Below, in pieces: positions 18,210 to 27,493 of a stretch of 64,000 nt of DNA. The stretch is from Patescibacteria group bacterium (GTDB lineage: Bacteria > Patescibacteriota > Patescibacteriia > UBA2196): contig JAQTPI010000003.1 of the NCBI GenBank assembly GCA_028748975.1, forward strand, positions 33,064-97,063, in the 5' to 3' direction. The notes beneath the pieces were generated by a model. It made no database searches. It was not told the origin of the DNA and worked only from the letters and a program-made list of their open reading frames with translations. Each line of letters starts with the position of its first letter. Position 1 is the first letter of the stretch. Both the position numbers and the translations under genes were made by a program.

Positions 18210-20300
18210 CTATTTTTTATCAACTAGTCCCTTCTTTTCAAGAATCTTCTCCACCACCATTTGCGGGGCGGGCTGATAATGCGAAAATTCCATGGTGAAA
18301 GAAGCGCGGCCTTGGGAGAGGGAGCGCACGGCGGTGGCGTAGCCAAACATGGAGGCCAGCGGCACTTCGCCATCAATAACTTTCATTTTGGCGCGGTCTT
18401 TCATTTCATGAATGACGGCACGGCGAGAGTTCAAATCGCCAATCACATCGCCCATATTTATTTCCGGCGTAACCACTTCAATTTTCATAATCGGCTCCAG
18501 TAAAACCGGCTTGGCGCGTCTGGCAGCTTCTTTAAAACCCAAAATACCCGCCATTTTAAACGCGGCTTCGGAAGAGTCAACTTCGTGGTAGGAACCATAA
18601 AACACGGCCACGGAAACATCCACCATGGGGTAGCCGGCGACGACGCCATTGCTCATGGCTTCAATCACGCCTTTTTCAATGGCCGGAATATATTCTTTGG
18701 GAATGATGCCGCCTTTGATTTCATCAATAAATTCAAAACCAGCGCCACGTTCGCGCGGAGAGACGCGCAATTCGCAGTGGCCATATTGGCCGCGGCCGCC
18801 GGACTGCTTGATATATTTGCCTTCGCCCTCAGCGGTGGCGGAAATTGTTTCTTTGTACGCCACCTGCGGGGCGCCGACATTGCATTCCACTTTAAATTCG
18901 CGTTTCATGCGCTCCACCATGACGTCAAGGTGAAGTTCGCCCATACCGGCGACAATTGTTTCCAAAGTTTCTTCGTCAGTGTGCGCTTTGAAAGTCGGAT
19001 CTTCTTTCATTAATTTTTGCAAAGCCATGCCCATTCTTTCCTGATCGCCTTTGGTTTTCGGCTCAATGGCAATCTGAATGACGGGGTCGGCAAATTTTAT
19101 TTTTTCCAAAATAATCGGGTGGTTTTCATCGCACATAGTGTCGCCGGTATTGGTGTCTTTCAGACCGACGGCCGCGGCGATTTCCCCGGAATAAACTTCA
19201 CTGACATCTTCTCTTTTATTGGCGTGCATGCGGACGATTCTGCCCAAACGTTCTTTTTGGCCATTAGAAGAATTCAAAACATAACTGCCGGCGGAAAGCG
19301 TGCCAGAATAAACGCGGAAAAAAGTTAAAGTGCCGACAAAGGGGTCGCTCGCAACCTTAAAAGCCAGCGCGGCAAAAGGCGCCGCGTCATCGGCCTTGCA
19401 TTCAATTCTTTTTTCTTCATTGCCCGGTTCAAAACCAGTAATGGGTGGCACGTCCAAAGGCGAGGGCAAATATTCCACGACGGCGTCCAACATTAATTGC
19501 ACGCCCTGATTGCTTAAAGCGTCGCCGCAGATGACGGGATAAAATTCACATTTGATAACCGCGGCGCGAATAGCGGCTTTGGCTTCGGAGACGGAAATTT
19601 CATGGCCGTTTAAAAATTTATCGGATAATTTATCATCGGTTTCCGCCACTTTTTCCATTAAAATTTCGCGGTATTTTTTGACATCTTCTTTCATTGTTTC
19701 GGGAATCGGAATTTCTACCACCTCCTCGCCGTTTTGTCCTTCAAATTTGTAGGCCTTTTCCGTGAGCAAATCAATAATTCCTTCAAAAGCGCTGTCCATG
19801 CCAATCGGGAGTTGGGCGGCCACGGCTTTGTCGCTCAATCTTTCTTTAATGGAATTCAAAGACATGTAAAAATCCGCGCCCAATTTTTTCATTTTATTGA
19901 TGTAACAAATGCGCGGGACGCCATATTTTTCCGCCTGATGCCAGACGGTTTCCGATTGCGGTTCCACGCCTTGAGAGCCATCGAAAACAGCCACGGCGCC
20001 GTCAAGGACGCGCAAAGATCTTTCCACTTCCACGGTGAAATCCACATGGCCAGGAGTATCAATAATATTAATGCGGTGGTCTTTCCAAAAACAAGTGGTA
20101 GCGGCGGAAGTGATCGTGATGCCGCGCTCTTTTTCCTGATCCATCCAGTCCATTTCAGCCGCGCCTTCGTGCACCTCGCCGATTTTGTGTTTTTTGCCGG
20201 TGTAAAACAAAATCCGCTCGGTAGTGGTCGTCTTACCGGCGTCAATGTGGGCCATGATGCCAATGTTTCTGGTGTTTTCGAGGGAATATTCTCGGGGCAT
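18210..20300 (-). CDS. fusA: elongation factor G
   Basis: [20 protein letters not shown]; start moved to 20300 (MPREYS). Confidence 0.99.
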   Translation of the reverse strand: MPREYSLENTRNIGIMAHIDAGKTTTTERILFYTGKKHKIGEVHEGAAEMDWMDQEKERGITITSAATTCFWKDHRINIIDTPGHVDFTVEVERSLRVLDGAVAVFDGSQGVEPQSETVWHQAEKYGVPRICYINKMKKLGADFYMSLNSIKERLSDKAVAAQLPIGMDSAFEGIIDLLTEKAYKFEGQNGEEVVEIPIPETMKEDVKKYREILMEKVAETDDKLSDKFLNGHEISVSEAKAAIRAAVIKCEFYPVICGDALSNQGVQLMLDAVVEYLPSPLDVPPITGFEPGNEEKRIECKADDAAPFAALAFKVASDPFVGTLTFFRVYSGTLSAGSYVLNSSNGQKERLGRIVRMHANKREDVSEVYSGEIAAAVGLKDTNTGDTMCDENHPIILEKIKFADPVIQIAIEPKTKGDQERMGMALQKLMKEDPTFKAHTDEETLETIVAGMGELHLDVMVERMKREFKVECNVGAPQVAYKETISATAEGEGKYIKQSGGRGQYGHCELRVSPRERGAGFEFIDEIKGGIIPKEYIPAIEKGVIEAMSNGVVAGYPMVDVSVAVFYGSYHEVDSSEAAFKMAGILGFKEAARRAKPVLLEPIMKIEVVTPEINMGDVIGDLNSRRAVIHEMKDRAKMKVIDGEVPLASMFGYATAVRSLSQGRASFTMEFSHYQPAPQMVVEKILEKKGLVDKK

Positions 20301-20311
20301 AGTTTTGATGG

Positions 20312-20402
20312 TGTCATCCTGAGGAGCGAGAGCGACGAAGGATCTCGTAATAAAAGTATCCGTCATCCCGAGGCCCGATAGCAATCGGGCCGATGGGATC
20401 TT
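20312..20402. repeat. family G tandem REP-like units
   Basis: GTCATCCTGAGG..GGATCT followed by GTCATCCCGAGG..GGATCT. Confidence 0.85.
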
Positions 20403-20635
20403 GTAGCTATTGCCAGGATTTTAATTTTTAATTTCTAATTTCCAGTTTCCTAAAAAACCAAAAATCAGAAATCATTTATAATCATACACTAATTTTAAGA
20501 GAAAATAAAGGGGGGTCAAGGTACGGCCCCCTTTTTGCATACGATAAATATTTGTTTGTTTTTATCGCTTGAGAACTTGGAACTTAAGGGAAAGGGAGGC
20601 CGAGTTGGGGCCCTCTCTTTTGTGTCTAACAAATT

Positions 20636-21043
20636 TTATTTTTTATCCACAAATCCCAAAAATCTTGATGTAAAAAAACGAAATTCAAAACAAGAAAGCA
20701 TATTTTTTCCACGGCCCTCAACAATAAATAATGTCTTTTCGTCATGACTTCTGTTCGGTGCCCTGATACCCGTAACCAACATGATACCGCTTTCTCCGGA
20801 AGCTACACCACCGAAACGAACCTTTCTACCAACCCAGCTTTGTGCCATTTCAAAAAGTTTTTTGCGGGTCAAATCCCAATCAAAAAACTTTTCTTTTCTT
20901 TTACGGATAACGGCCAACAATTCATTTAAAATCCTTTCCACTACGCCCAATTCTCTGTACCCGGTTTCAATACTTATAAAAATTTCTTCAAAACTGCGAC
21001 CTTTTTCAGCATAAAGCCGAATGTCGTTGTTGTCTTGTTTCGT
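20636..21043 (-). CDS. orphan protein between rpsG and fusA, with ACG at the SD-defined start
   Basis: AAGGAGG, 5 nt, ACG in frame with ORF 20636..20950; hairpin downstream. Confidence 0.55.
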   Translation of the reverse strand, partial: TKQDNNDIRLYAEKGRSFEEIFISIETGYRELGVVERILNELLAVIRKRKEKFFDWDLTRKKLFEMAQSWVGRKVRFGGVASGESGIMLVTGIRAPNRSHDEKTLFIVEGRGKNMLSCFEFRFFTSRFLGFVDKK

Positions 21044-21099
21044 TTTTTCCTCCTTGCCCCGAGTTTATTGCGGGGGCTGTGTTTGGTTGTAATTTTTTT

Positions 21100-21211
21100 A
21101 TCATTCCCACGCAAGTGAAAATCCAATTTTCTGGATTCCCGCCTGCGCGGGAATGACATGGTTGCGGCTATTCGCAAATTTATTCGCAAACATTCGCAAA
21201 CATATTCGCGT
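21100..21211. repeat. family G pair plus half family A arm
   Basis: TCATTCCC..GGGAATGAC followed by four ATTCGC units. Confidence 0.7.
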
Positions 21212-21212
21212 G

Positions 21213-21686
21213 CTACCCGAAACGCGCAAAGTGCGCGAAGGCTTTGTTGGCGTCGGCCATGCGGTGCACGTCTTCTTTCTTTTTGACAGCCGGGCCTTCG
21301 CCTTTGGCCGAGTCCATTAAAACACTGGCTAATTTTTCCGCCATGGGCTTGCCTTTTATTTTTCTTGACGCATCCAAAATCCAGCGAGTGGCGAGTGTCA
21401 AACGGCGTTCGTCACGCACTGGAAACGGCACCTGATAGTTGGCGCCGCCGACGCGTTTGCCGCGAACTTCCACCGATGGCCCAACTTTTTTCATGGCCTG
21501 GTCAAAAGTTTGCAAAGGGTCTTTTTGGGTTTTTTCTTTAATAATAGCAAAAGCGCCATAGACGATTTTTTGCGCCACAGTTTTTTTGCCGCGTTGCATA
21601 ATATAATTGATGAACTTACCGATGTCCGCGCGGTTATATTTCGGATCGGGATTGATTTTTCTTTTAGGAGCTGGTTTGCCACGCAT
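21213..21686 (-). CDS. rpsG: 30S ribosomal protein uS7
   Basis: RVGGANYQVP, HRMADANKAFAHF. Confidence 0.98.
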   Translation of the reverse strand: MRGKPAPKRKINPDPKYNRADIGKFINYIMQRGKKTVAQKIVYGAFAIIKEKTQKDPLQTFDQAMKKVGPSVEVRGKRVGGANYQVPFPVRDERRLTLATRWILDASRKIKGKPMAEKLASVLMDSAKGEGPAVKKKEDVHRMADANKAFAHFARFG

Positions 21687-21804
21687 ATTATTTCAGAACT
21701 CAAAACTCAATTAACAAAACTCAAGACGGCCGTTTCCTTAATTCTTACTTTTAAATTCTTAATTCTCTTCCTTGTTTTTTGTTTATTGTGTTTTGTGTTT
21801 TTAT

Positions 21805-22224
21805 TTATTTTTTCCCTCGTTTAGTGCCATAAAGCGACCGCCCGCGCTTTCTGTTTTCCACACCCACGGTGTCGTATCGGCCGCGGACGATGTGATAACG
21901 GACGCCGGGCAAATCTTTCACACGGCCGCCGCGAATCATGACGATGGAGTGTTCCTGCAAATTATGGCCTTCGCCCGGAATGTAGGCGGTAACTTCTTCA
22001 CCGTTGGACAATCTGACTCTGGCCACTTTGCGCAAAGCCGAGTTTGGTTTTTTGGGAGTTCTGGTGGTAACTTTGGTGCAGACGCCGCGCTTAAAAGGGC
22101 TGCCTTTGGGCAATTCGCTTTTTTGTCTTTTGATTACATCCAAAACCGAAGACAAAGCCGGAGTCTTGGACTTGGCTTTTTTTGATTTTCTCGGTCGTTT
22201 GATGAGCTGATTAATTGTTGGCAT
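21805..22224 (-). CDS. rpsL: 30S ribosomal protein uS12
   Basis: [17 protein letters not shown]. Confidence 0.99.
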   Translation of the reverse strand: MPTINQLIKRPRKSKKAKSKTPALSSVLDVIKRQKSELPKGSPFKRGVCTKVTTRTPKKPNSALRKVARVRLSNGEEVTAYIPGEGHNLQEHSIVMIRGGRVKDLPGVRYHIVRGRYDTVGVENRKRGRSLYGTKRGKK

Positions 22225-22322
22225 AACTTGTGTTTTCTCCCCTCCTTTTCAAGAGGGGGTCCGCCAGCTGGCGGAGGGGTGGTTATTTATTTCGCCGATA
22301 GGCGCATATTATTACTTAATCC

Positions 22323-22351
22323 ATTATACCTATATAAAAAAATCTTGTCAA
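22323..22351 (-). promoter_or_regulatory. sigma70 promoter of rpsL
   Basis: TTGACA, 17 nt, TATAAT. Confidence 0.8.
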
Positions 22352-22401
22352 ATGAAATAAAAAAGCAGGGTTTTTAGGCCCTGCGGAGATTGGTGTATTT
22401 T

Positions 22402-22908
22402 TTATAGTTCCAGTGAAATTTTTTCAATTTCTTGGAACAACACGAGCGCCTTGACTTCCGGTTCTTTAATTGGCGGCGCGACCTCAAAAACTTTTACTTC
22501 CACCTGTTTTGCTTCTTCCACTTCATCTTTATATACCCCCGGGTAAATTCTTGCTCGATGACATAAACTCAAACAACGATAAGATTCATAACTACCCCAA
22601 TCAAAAGAAAATTTGATACCCAAATCTTCCATTTTTTCATTAATCGGTGTGGGGTGTCCGGAACTTACCATTTGATGAACGGTATATCCAACTTCAATTT
22701 CCCGATCTTTAGAAACCGTGCTGATAAACACCAGTTTAACACCCTTGGTTAAATTTTCTGAATTTTCCAAAACAAATAGCATGGCCTTCTTGCCAAAATC
22801 GCTCACGTATTTTTGGTTGGACGAAATGATAATTTTCCTCAATTCCGCCATTTGCTCCACGGTTGCCGGTTTCACCCCTTTCCTCCTTTTTTGGTTTTTG
22901 ATTGACAT
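22402..22908 (-). CDS. hypothetical protein, paralog of 22872..23312
   Basis: Similar N-terminal ~55 aa; terminator at 22359-22385. Confidence 0.75.
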   Translation of the reverse strand: MSIKNQKRRKGVKPATVEQMAELRKIIISSNQKYVSDFGKKAMLFVLENSENLTKGVKLVFISTVSKDREIEVGYTVHQMVSSGHPTPINEKMEDLGIKFSFDWGSYESYRCLSLCHRARIYPGVYKDEVEEAKQVEVKVFEVAPPIKEPEVKALVLFQEIEKISLEL

Positions 22909-23312
22909 AAGGAAATTTTTTGAATATCAGCCGGCTTTGCTTCTAAGATCATCTCTTTGGAGACGCTATAAGAACCACTATAAAAGGATTTCTTACTGAT
23001 AAGCGCGCAAAAATAGTGATTGGGAATTCCACCACCCCTATCAAAACGTAAGTTAATTTTCATTCGCTCCGAAAAACGATCCAGGTTTATACTTCTCCGA
23101 CTACTACATATATCGTGAATTGTGCGAGCACCTTCTCGCCCCAACTTTGATCTCAAATATAAAACCACTTCTCTTGTTCCTTGTTTTGAATGTTCCAACA
23201 AATAAAGCATAACTTTCTTACCAAGCTCCGTACCCTGCGGCGCTTCTATAATTTTTTGGCGCAAGGCTACCATTTGCACTGTGGTCAGCGGCTTCATTTT
23301 TTTTCTTTGCAC
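22872..23312 (-). CDS. hypothetical protein (cassette cargo)
   Basis: AGGAGG SD with GTG start; TTGACA at 23402. Confidence 0.75.
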   Translation of the reverse strand: MQRKKMKPLTTVQMVALRQKIIEAPQGTELGKKVMLYLLEHSKQGTREVVLYLRSKLGREGARTIHDICSSRRSINLDRFSERMKINLRFDRGGGIPNHYFCALISKKSFYSGSYSVSKEMILEAKPADIQKISLCQSKTKKGGKG

Positions 23313-23454
23313 TCTTCCTCCTTTTATCGCCTGTGGCGATTGAGTTATGAAAAAACGTTTTCTTCTTATTTCTAACCTAGCATGAATAAAAAATCATGTC
23401 AAATGAAATAAAAAACCGGCGGAAGCTGGTTCCAGGCCGGTTCGGTATGTGGAG

Positions 23455-23718
23455 TCAAATGCCGCCAAGGTGTTTTCCTATTTTTTTTGGCGGTATGCCA
23501 AAATTTTGGAAAAAAGTAAGGGCTTCTCTTTTTATCTTTCTTTCTTCTTCAACTGAAAGAGTGGCTTTTCCTTTCTCTTCTTTAGCTGAAAGGGGTTCAG
23601 GAGGATAATCAGCACCCTCGTCCTCATAATAGCCGTCGGTAAAGACACCTACTTCTCCCAAAATTCTGGTTTGCAAAAGAAAGCTTAAAAAATTGTTTTT
23701 GAGCCGTCGCCAACACAT
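23455..23718 (-). CDS. hypothetical protein (cassette cargo)
   Basis: AGGAGG SD, TTGACA at 23784, terminator 23410-23441. Confidence 0.65.
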   Translation of the reverse strand: MCWRRLKNNFLSFLLQTRILGEVGVFTDGYYEDEGADYPPEPLSAKEEKGKATLSVEEERKIKREALTFFQNFGIPPKKIGKHLGGI

Positions 23719-23786
23719 GTGACCTCCTGGTTTGATTTATTTTGTTTATGAATTAAAACTATCAAAAATAAAGTTATTTGTCAAAA

Positions 23787-24404
23787 TTAAACACTTAGCA
23801 ACAAATGATAAACCCAGTACACAATCGGCGTGAGGATTTGAAAACCGAAGAAAAGAAAAATTATTAAAATTATGAAACCGCTGCGTTCCAGCTGTGCCTG
23901 AAAATGGCGGGTGGAGGCGGGCAAAAGCGCGAAAAGAATTTTGGAGCCGTCCAGGGGCGGAATCGGCACCAAATTAAAAATTGCCAAAAGCACATTGGCA
24001 AAAACGATAATTGACAGGAGTTGAAAAAAGGCCGCGGACAAAAAAGTGAATGATAAAATTTTGATAAGCAAAGAAAAAATAATGGCCAAAATTAAATTGG
24101 AGGCTGGACCGGCAAGCGCCACCATGGCCGGGCCAAAGCGACGGCTAGAAAGATTATAAGGATTATAGGGCACGGGTTTGGCATAGGCAAACATAAAATT
24201 TCCGCCGGAAACAAAAAGCAAAAACAAAGGCAGAAGAATCGTGCCATAAATATCAATGTGGGCCAGCGGATTCAAAGTCAGCCGGCCGGCGTGTCTGGCG
24301 GTCGGATCGCCGAGTTTGTCCGCCACCAAACCGTGCGCGTATTCGTGCACGATGGAGGAAGGAATAATAATGAGAAAATAGAATAGAAGTTGAATGATAT
24401 TCAT
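23787..24404 (-). CDS. site-2 protease (peptidase M50)
   Basis: HEYAH, AGPASN, FNLVPIPPLDG. Confidence 0.95.
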   Translation of the reverse strand: MNIIQLLFYFLIIIPSSIVHEYAHGLVADKLGDPTARHAGRLTLNPLAHIDIYGTILLPLFLLFVSGGNFMFAYAKPVPYNPYNLSSRRFGPAMVALAGPASNLILAIIFSLLIKILSFTFLSAAFFQLLSIIVFANVLLAIFNLVPIPPLDGSKILFALLPASTRHFQAQLERSGFIILIIFLFFGFQILTPIVYWVYHLLLSV

Positions 24405-24418
24405 AAATCCCTATTTAC

Positions 24419-24512
24419 GTCATTCCGAGGTCCGATAGCAATCGGACCGATGGAATCTTTAATCGCAAAGATCCCATCGCTCAAAGCGACCATAGAGGTC
24501 GCTCGGGATGAC
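24419..24512. repeat. family G inverted pair
   Basis: GTCATTCCGAG...CTCGGGATGAC. Confidence 0.85.
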
Positions 24513-24578
24513 GACATTTTTAAAATTTGACACCAAATTAATAAACTGCTACTATTATGGTAATTAAAATAAAATATT

Positions 24579-24767
24579 ATGAAAACTCTAGCTAGAACCT
24601 GCGATATTTGCGGACGCGGATATTTGCGCGGACACCAGGTTTCGCACTCCAACATCAAAACCATCAAACGCCAAATGGTCAATTTACAGACCAAAACTAT
24701 CAATGGCGTCAGAAAGAAAATCTGCGCCAAGTGTTTGCGCACAATGAAAAAGAAAATAATGGAATAA
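24579..24767 (+). CDS. rpmB: 50S ribosomal protein bL28
   Basis: CDIC, VSHSNIKT, VNLQ, CAKC; promoter TTGACA 24527, 17 nt, TACTAT. Confidence 0.95.
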   Translation: MKTLARTCDICGRGYLRGHQVSHSNIKTIKRQMVNLQTKTINGVRKKICAKCLRTMKKKIME

Positions 24768-24815
24768 TCTGTCATTCCGGGCCTGACCCGGAATCCACTC
24801 CTTAAATATTATATC

Positions 24816-24845
24816 AAAAACACTGGCAAATTGCCAGTGTTTTTT
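24816..24845. terminator. bidirectional intrinsic terminator
   Basis: AAAAACACTGGCAAATTGCCAGTGTTTTTT between convergent rpmB and tRNA-Pro. Confidence 0.8.
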
Positions 24846-24866
24846 ATTTTATTAAATTTATTTTTA

Positions 24867-24937
24867 TCGGGCTGCCGGGAATTGAACCCGGGTTACATGC
24901 ACCCCATGCATGCGTAATACCGTTATACCACAGCCCG
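24867..24937 (-). tRNA. tRNA-Pro(GGG), CCA not encoded
   Basis: Cloverleaf with acceptor CGGGCTG/CAGCCCG, anticodon stem CATGC/GCATG, T loop TTCAATT. Confidence 0.95.
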
Positions 24938-25071
24938 AGAAAATTATTTTTGGTCTTCCCTTATTACTTATTACTAGTTACTTATTACCCATTATATTAA
25001 CACGAGATCCTTCGTCCTCTCCGCCAGCTGGCGGATCGTCCTCAGGATGACACTCTTTTGGAGAACAAAAA

Positions 25072-25312
25072 GGGGTTATTAGGCAGCTTAATCTAATTCC
25101 CTAAAAGTCAGATGAACCGCGCCGATGACAGTGTGTTTTTCTTACTGCCAAAGACGAACTGAATTCTTGGCCTAAAAACCAACACGGAGTCGGTTTTCGG
25201 CTAATTTCAGCCAAAACGGCCTCGGGAATCCTTGACCGCAAACCCACGGGCTGGCGATATGCAGATTCCACAATTTGCTGTTGTAGAAATTAGAAAACTG
25301 GCCTGTAACCCC
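25072..25312 (-). ncRNA. candidate ~240-nt structured RNA (possibly 6S-like)
   Basis: TGcTATAAT 7 nt upstream; 5' GGGGTTA.AGGC pairs with 3' GCCT..TAACCCC followed by a T tract. Confidence 0.55.
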
Positions 25313-25410
25313 AAGGTCATTATAGCATATTAGCATAGAGCATAAAAACATAAAAATACAAATCATACCTCTCTCCTTTTATAAATAAAAAAGGCGAGAT
25401 TATTTCTCGC

Positions 25411-25772
25411 CTAAGTTTTCTTGTGGGGGTAACGTTTTTTAAGGATTGGCATTATGGTTTCTGATAGTGAAAACGGCTTTTTTACAAAAATATTCATAAT
25501 GGTTGGGCGTGCGATATCTGGAGCGTCATAGCCAGAGATGATGATAATAAAAATTTCCGGGAAACGTTCTCTTAGTTTGATAGCCATGTCTTTCCCATCA
25601 CACCCCCCCCTAAATCAATTATGGCGGTGTCGATATTTTGTAAATTATTTTTTTGCAAATCAAGTATGAGTTGATCAGGATCATTATAGGAAATAAATGG
25701 GATGTCGCATTCTTCTAGCATCATTTCTAAGTAACTACGAACGCCATATTCATCTTCTAAAATTAAAACCAT
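25411..25772 (-). pseudogene. single-domain response regulator (receiver), frameshifted at a G8 tract
   Basis: LILEDE..AIIDL in one frame; DGKD..IIIISG..KKPF in another; SD, promoter and terminator intact. Confidence 0.85.
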
Positions 25773-25942
25773 TTTATCCTCCTTCATGAATTGTAAACTT
25801 AAAAGATAATATACTAAATAATAACAAGCCACAAAATTTTGTCAAGTTTAATAATTTTATTTTATAAAAGTATAAGAATAAAAAAATAAAACCCCCAATT
25901 AAAAACTGGGGGTCAAAGAACGATGTAGGGATGTTAAAATGA

Positions 25943-26122
25943 TTACTTGGCGCCTCTGATTGCCTGGCAGATGGCGTCGACAATAACCAAAATAAAAATC
26001 AGGCCGCACAGAATAGTAAGAAAAATCCAGATAACCTCGTTTGAGTGGTATTTAATAGGTGTGGCAAAAAGCGCCGTTAAAATGGCAAAAATCAACCCGA
26101 GAATCGCATGATAGAGCAGCAT
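25943..26122 (-). CDS. 59-aa two-TM protein
   Basis: AGGAGG SD before ATG 26122; paralog of 26142..26315. Confidence 0.8.
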   Translation of the reverse strand: MLLYHAILGLIFAILTALFATPIKYHSNEVIWIFLTILCGLIFILVIVDAICQAIRGAK

Positions 26123-26141
26123 CTTTTTTCCTCCTTTGTTA

Positions 26142-26315
26142 TTAATTGCGTCTGATTGCCTGGCAGATTCCTTCGACAATAACTGCAACAAAAAGAAGGC
26201 CACATACGATAATAAGAAAAACCCAGGTAGGACTTGGGCTGGCTTTCATAAATGCGCCACATATCGCTATGAAAGTGGCTAAAATAATCGCAGCAACCCA
26301 ACAAATACCGCCCAT
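26142..26315 (-). CDS. 57-aa two-TM protein (absent from ORF track)
   Basis: MGGICWVAAII...ICQAIRRN; AGGAGG SD; TTGACA 26397, 16 nt, TGcTATAAT. Confidence 0.8.
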   Translation of the reverse strand: MGGICWVAAIILATFIAICGAFMKASPSPTWVFLIIVCGLLFVAVIVEGICQAIRRN

Positions 26316-26639
26316 CTTTTTTCCTCCTTTTTATGTGTGTTTTAGCTCTATTTTTGAGCTAATACTTATATTATAGCAAATCTATATTTTTTGTCAAACC
26401 CCTATTCCCTATAACCACTCTGCTTTGAAAAGAAAGAGATAATAAAAAGCCGCCGGTTTGTTGTGTGTTCCGGCGGCGAATGTTGGTCTGGACGGCAAAG
26501 CTTTTGGCCTTGCCGCCCAGCCAGCTGCCAGCTTGGGATCGCCTCACTGACAACTATTGAATGGATTTAAAAATTAAAGCCGGTCCGAAGGATTTCGGAC
26601 CGGCTGATTTTTATGTAATTTTTACTCTGGTGTTGATGT

Positions 26640-26765
26640 TTACATAAAATTCAAAGCCGGTCCGTTTAAAAGGACAACCAAAACCAAAACGACCACCAAG
26701 GTTAAAACCGGCAGAGAATTTAATTTATTATTGGTCAAAAGACTTTTCCACATATTCTTATTCAT
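26640..26765 (-). CDS. 41-aa Val/Leu-rich peptide
   Basis: Manual translation ...PVLTLVVVLVLVVLLNGPALNFM. Confidence 0.45.
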   Translation of the reverse strand: MNKNMWKSLLTNNKLNSLPVLTLVVVLVLVVLLNGPALNFM

Positions 26766-26845
26766 ATTAACATTTTAGCATATTAGCATTGAAACATTCA
26801 AGCCGCTGTGCTAAAAAGCTAAAATGCTAACATGCTAAAATGATT

Positions 26846-27439
26846 TTATTTCAGCAAATCCAAATCATAAAGAATTTTTTCCACAATTAAATCATATTTC
26901 AAAATTTCCTCTTCCTTAAACCAAATTTTAATTTCCCGCTCGGCTTCTTCCTTTGTCTCCGAAGAGTGGATAATATTCCTAACCGAACGCATGTCGGCAT
27001 CAGCCAAATGATAGGAATCCACGGTAAAATCGCCACGAATGGTACCAACATCAGAAGTTAAAGGTTCAGTGCCGCCGACGAGTTTGCGCACAATGTCGCA
27101 GACACTGTTGCCCTGCCAAATCATCGCCGCCACTGGCCCCGAAGTGATGAAATCCACCAGCACTTTTTGTTTTTCTTGGCCATATTCAATGGGAGTTTTT
27201 TCAATTGGTTTGCCGGCCAATTTTTTTTCTTCAATGGCGCGCTTGCCTACTTTTTCAAACCAAACATCATCTTTTTTGTAATGTTCAAAGGCCTGCTCAC
27301 GCGTGGCAAAAACCAATTTCAAAGCCGCGAGTTTCAAACCCACTCGTTCAAAACGGCCGATGATTTCACCAATGAGTCCGCGCTGGACGCCATCGGGCTT
27401 GATTAAAATTAAAGCTCTGTCACGTTTGGATTGCGGCAT
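26846..27439 (-). CDS. ndk: nucleoside diphosphate kinase
   Basis: IKPDGVQRGLIG, SGPV, GTIRGDF, NIIHSSE. Confidence 0.96.
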   Translation of the reverse strand: MPQSKRDRALILIKPDGVQRGLIGEIIGRFERVGLKLAALKLVFATREQAFEHYKKDDVWFEKVGKRAIEEKKLAGKPIEKTPIEYGQEKQKVLVDFITSGPVAAMIWQGNSVCDIVRKLVGGTEPLTSDVGTIRGDFTVDSYHLADADMRSVRNIIHSSETKEEAEREIKIWFKEEEILKYDLIVEKILYDLDLLK

Positions 27440-27493
27440 AAATGTTTTATTTACTTTACTTTCATTCTAGCACTTGAATAAAAACTGTCAAAT

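Noticed and set aside
18261-20381. Long antisense and alternative-frame ORFs over fusA and other core genes
   Set aside because: They are shadow frames of conserved genes, with no recognisable motifs or expression signals.
25172-25366. 64-aa ORF with an SD-like GGAGAGAGG
   Set aside because: Its N-terminus comes from an ATGCT/ATGTT repeat and it runs across the -10 and stems of the RNA candidate. It is not fully excluded.
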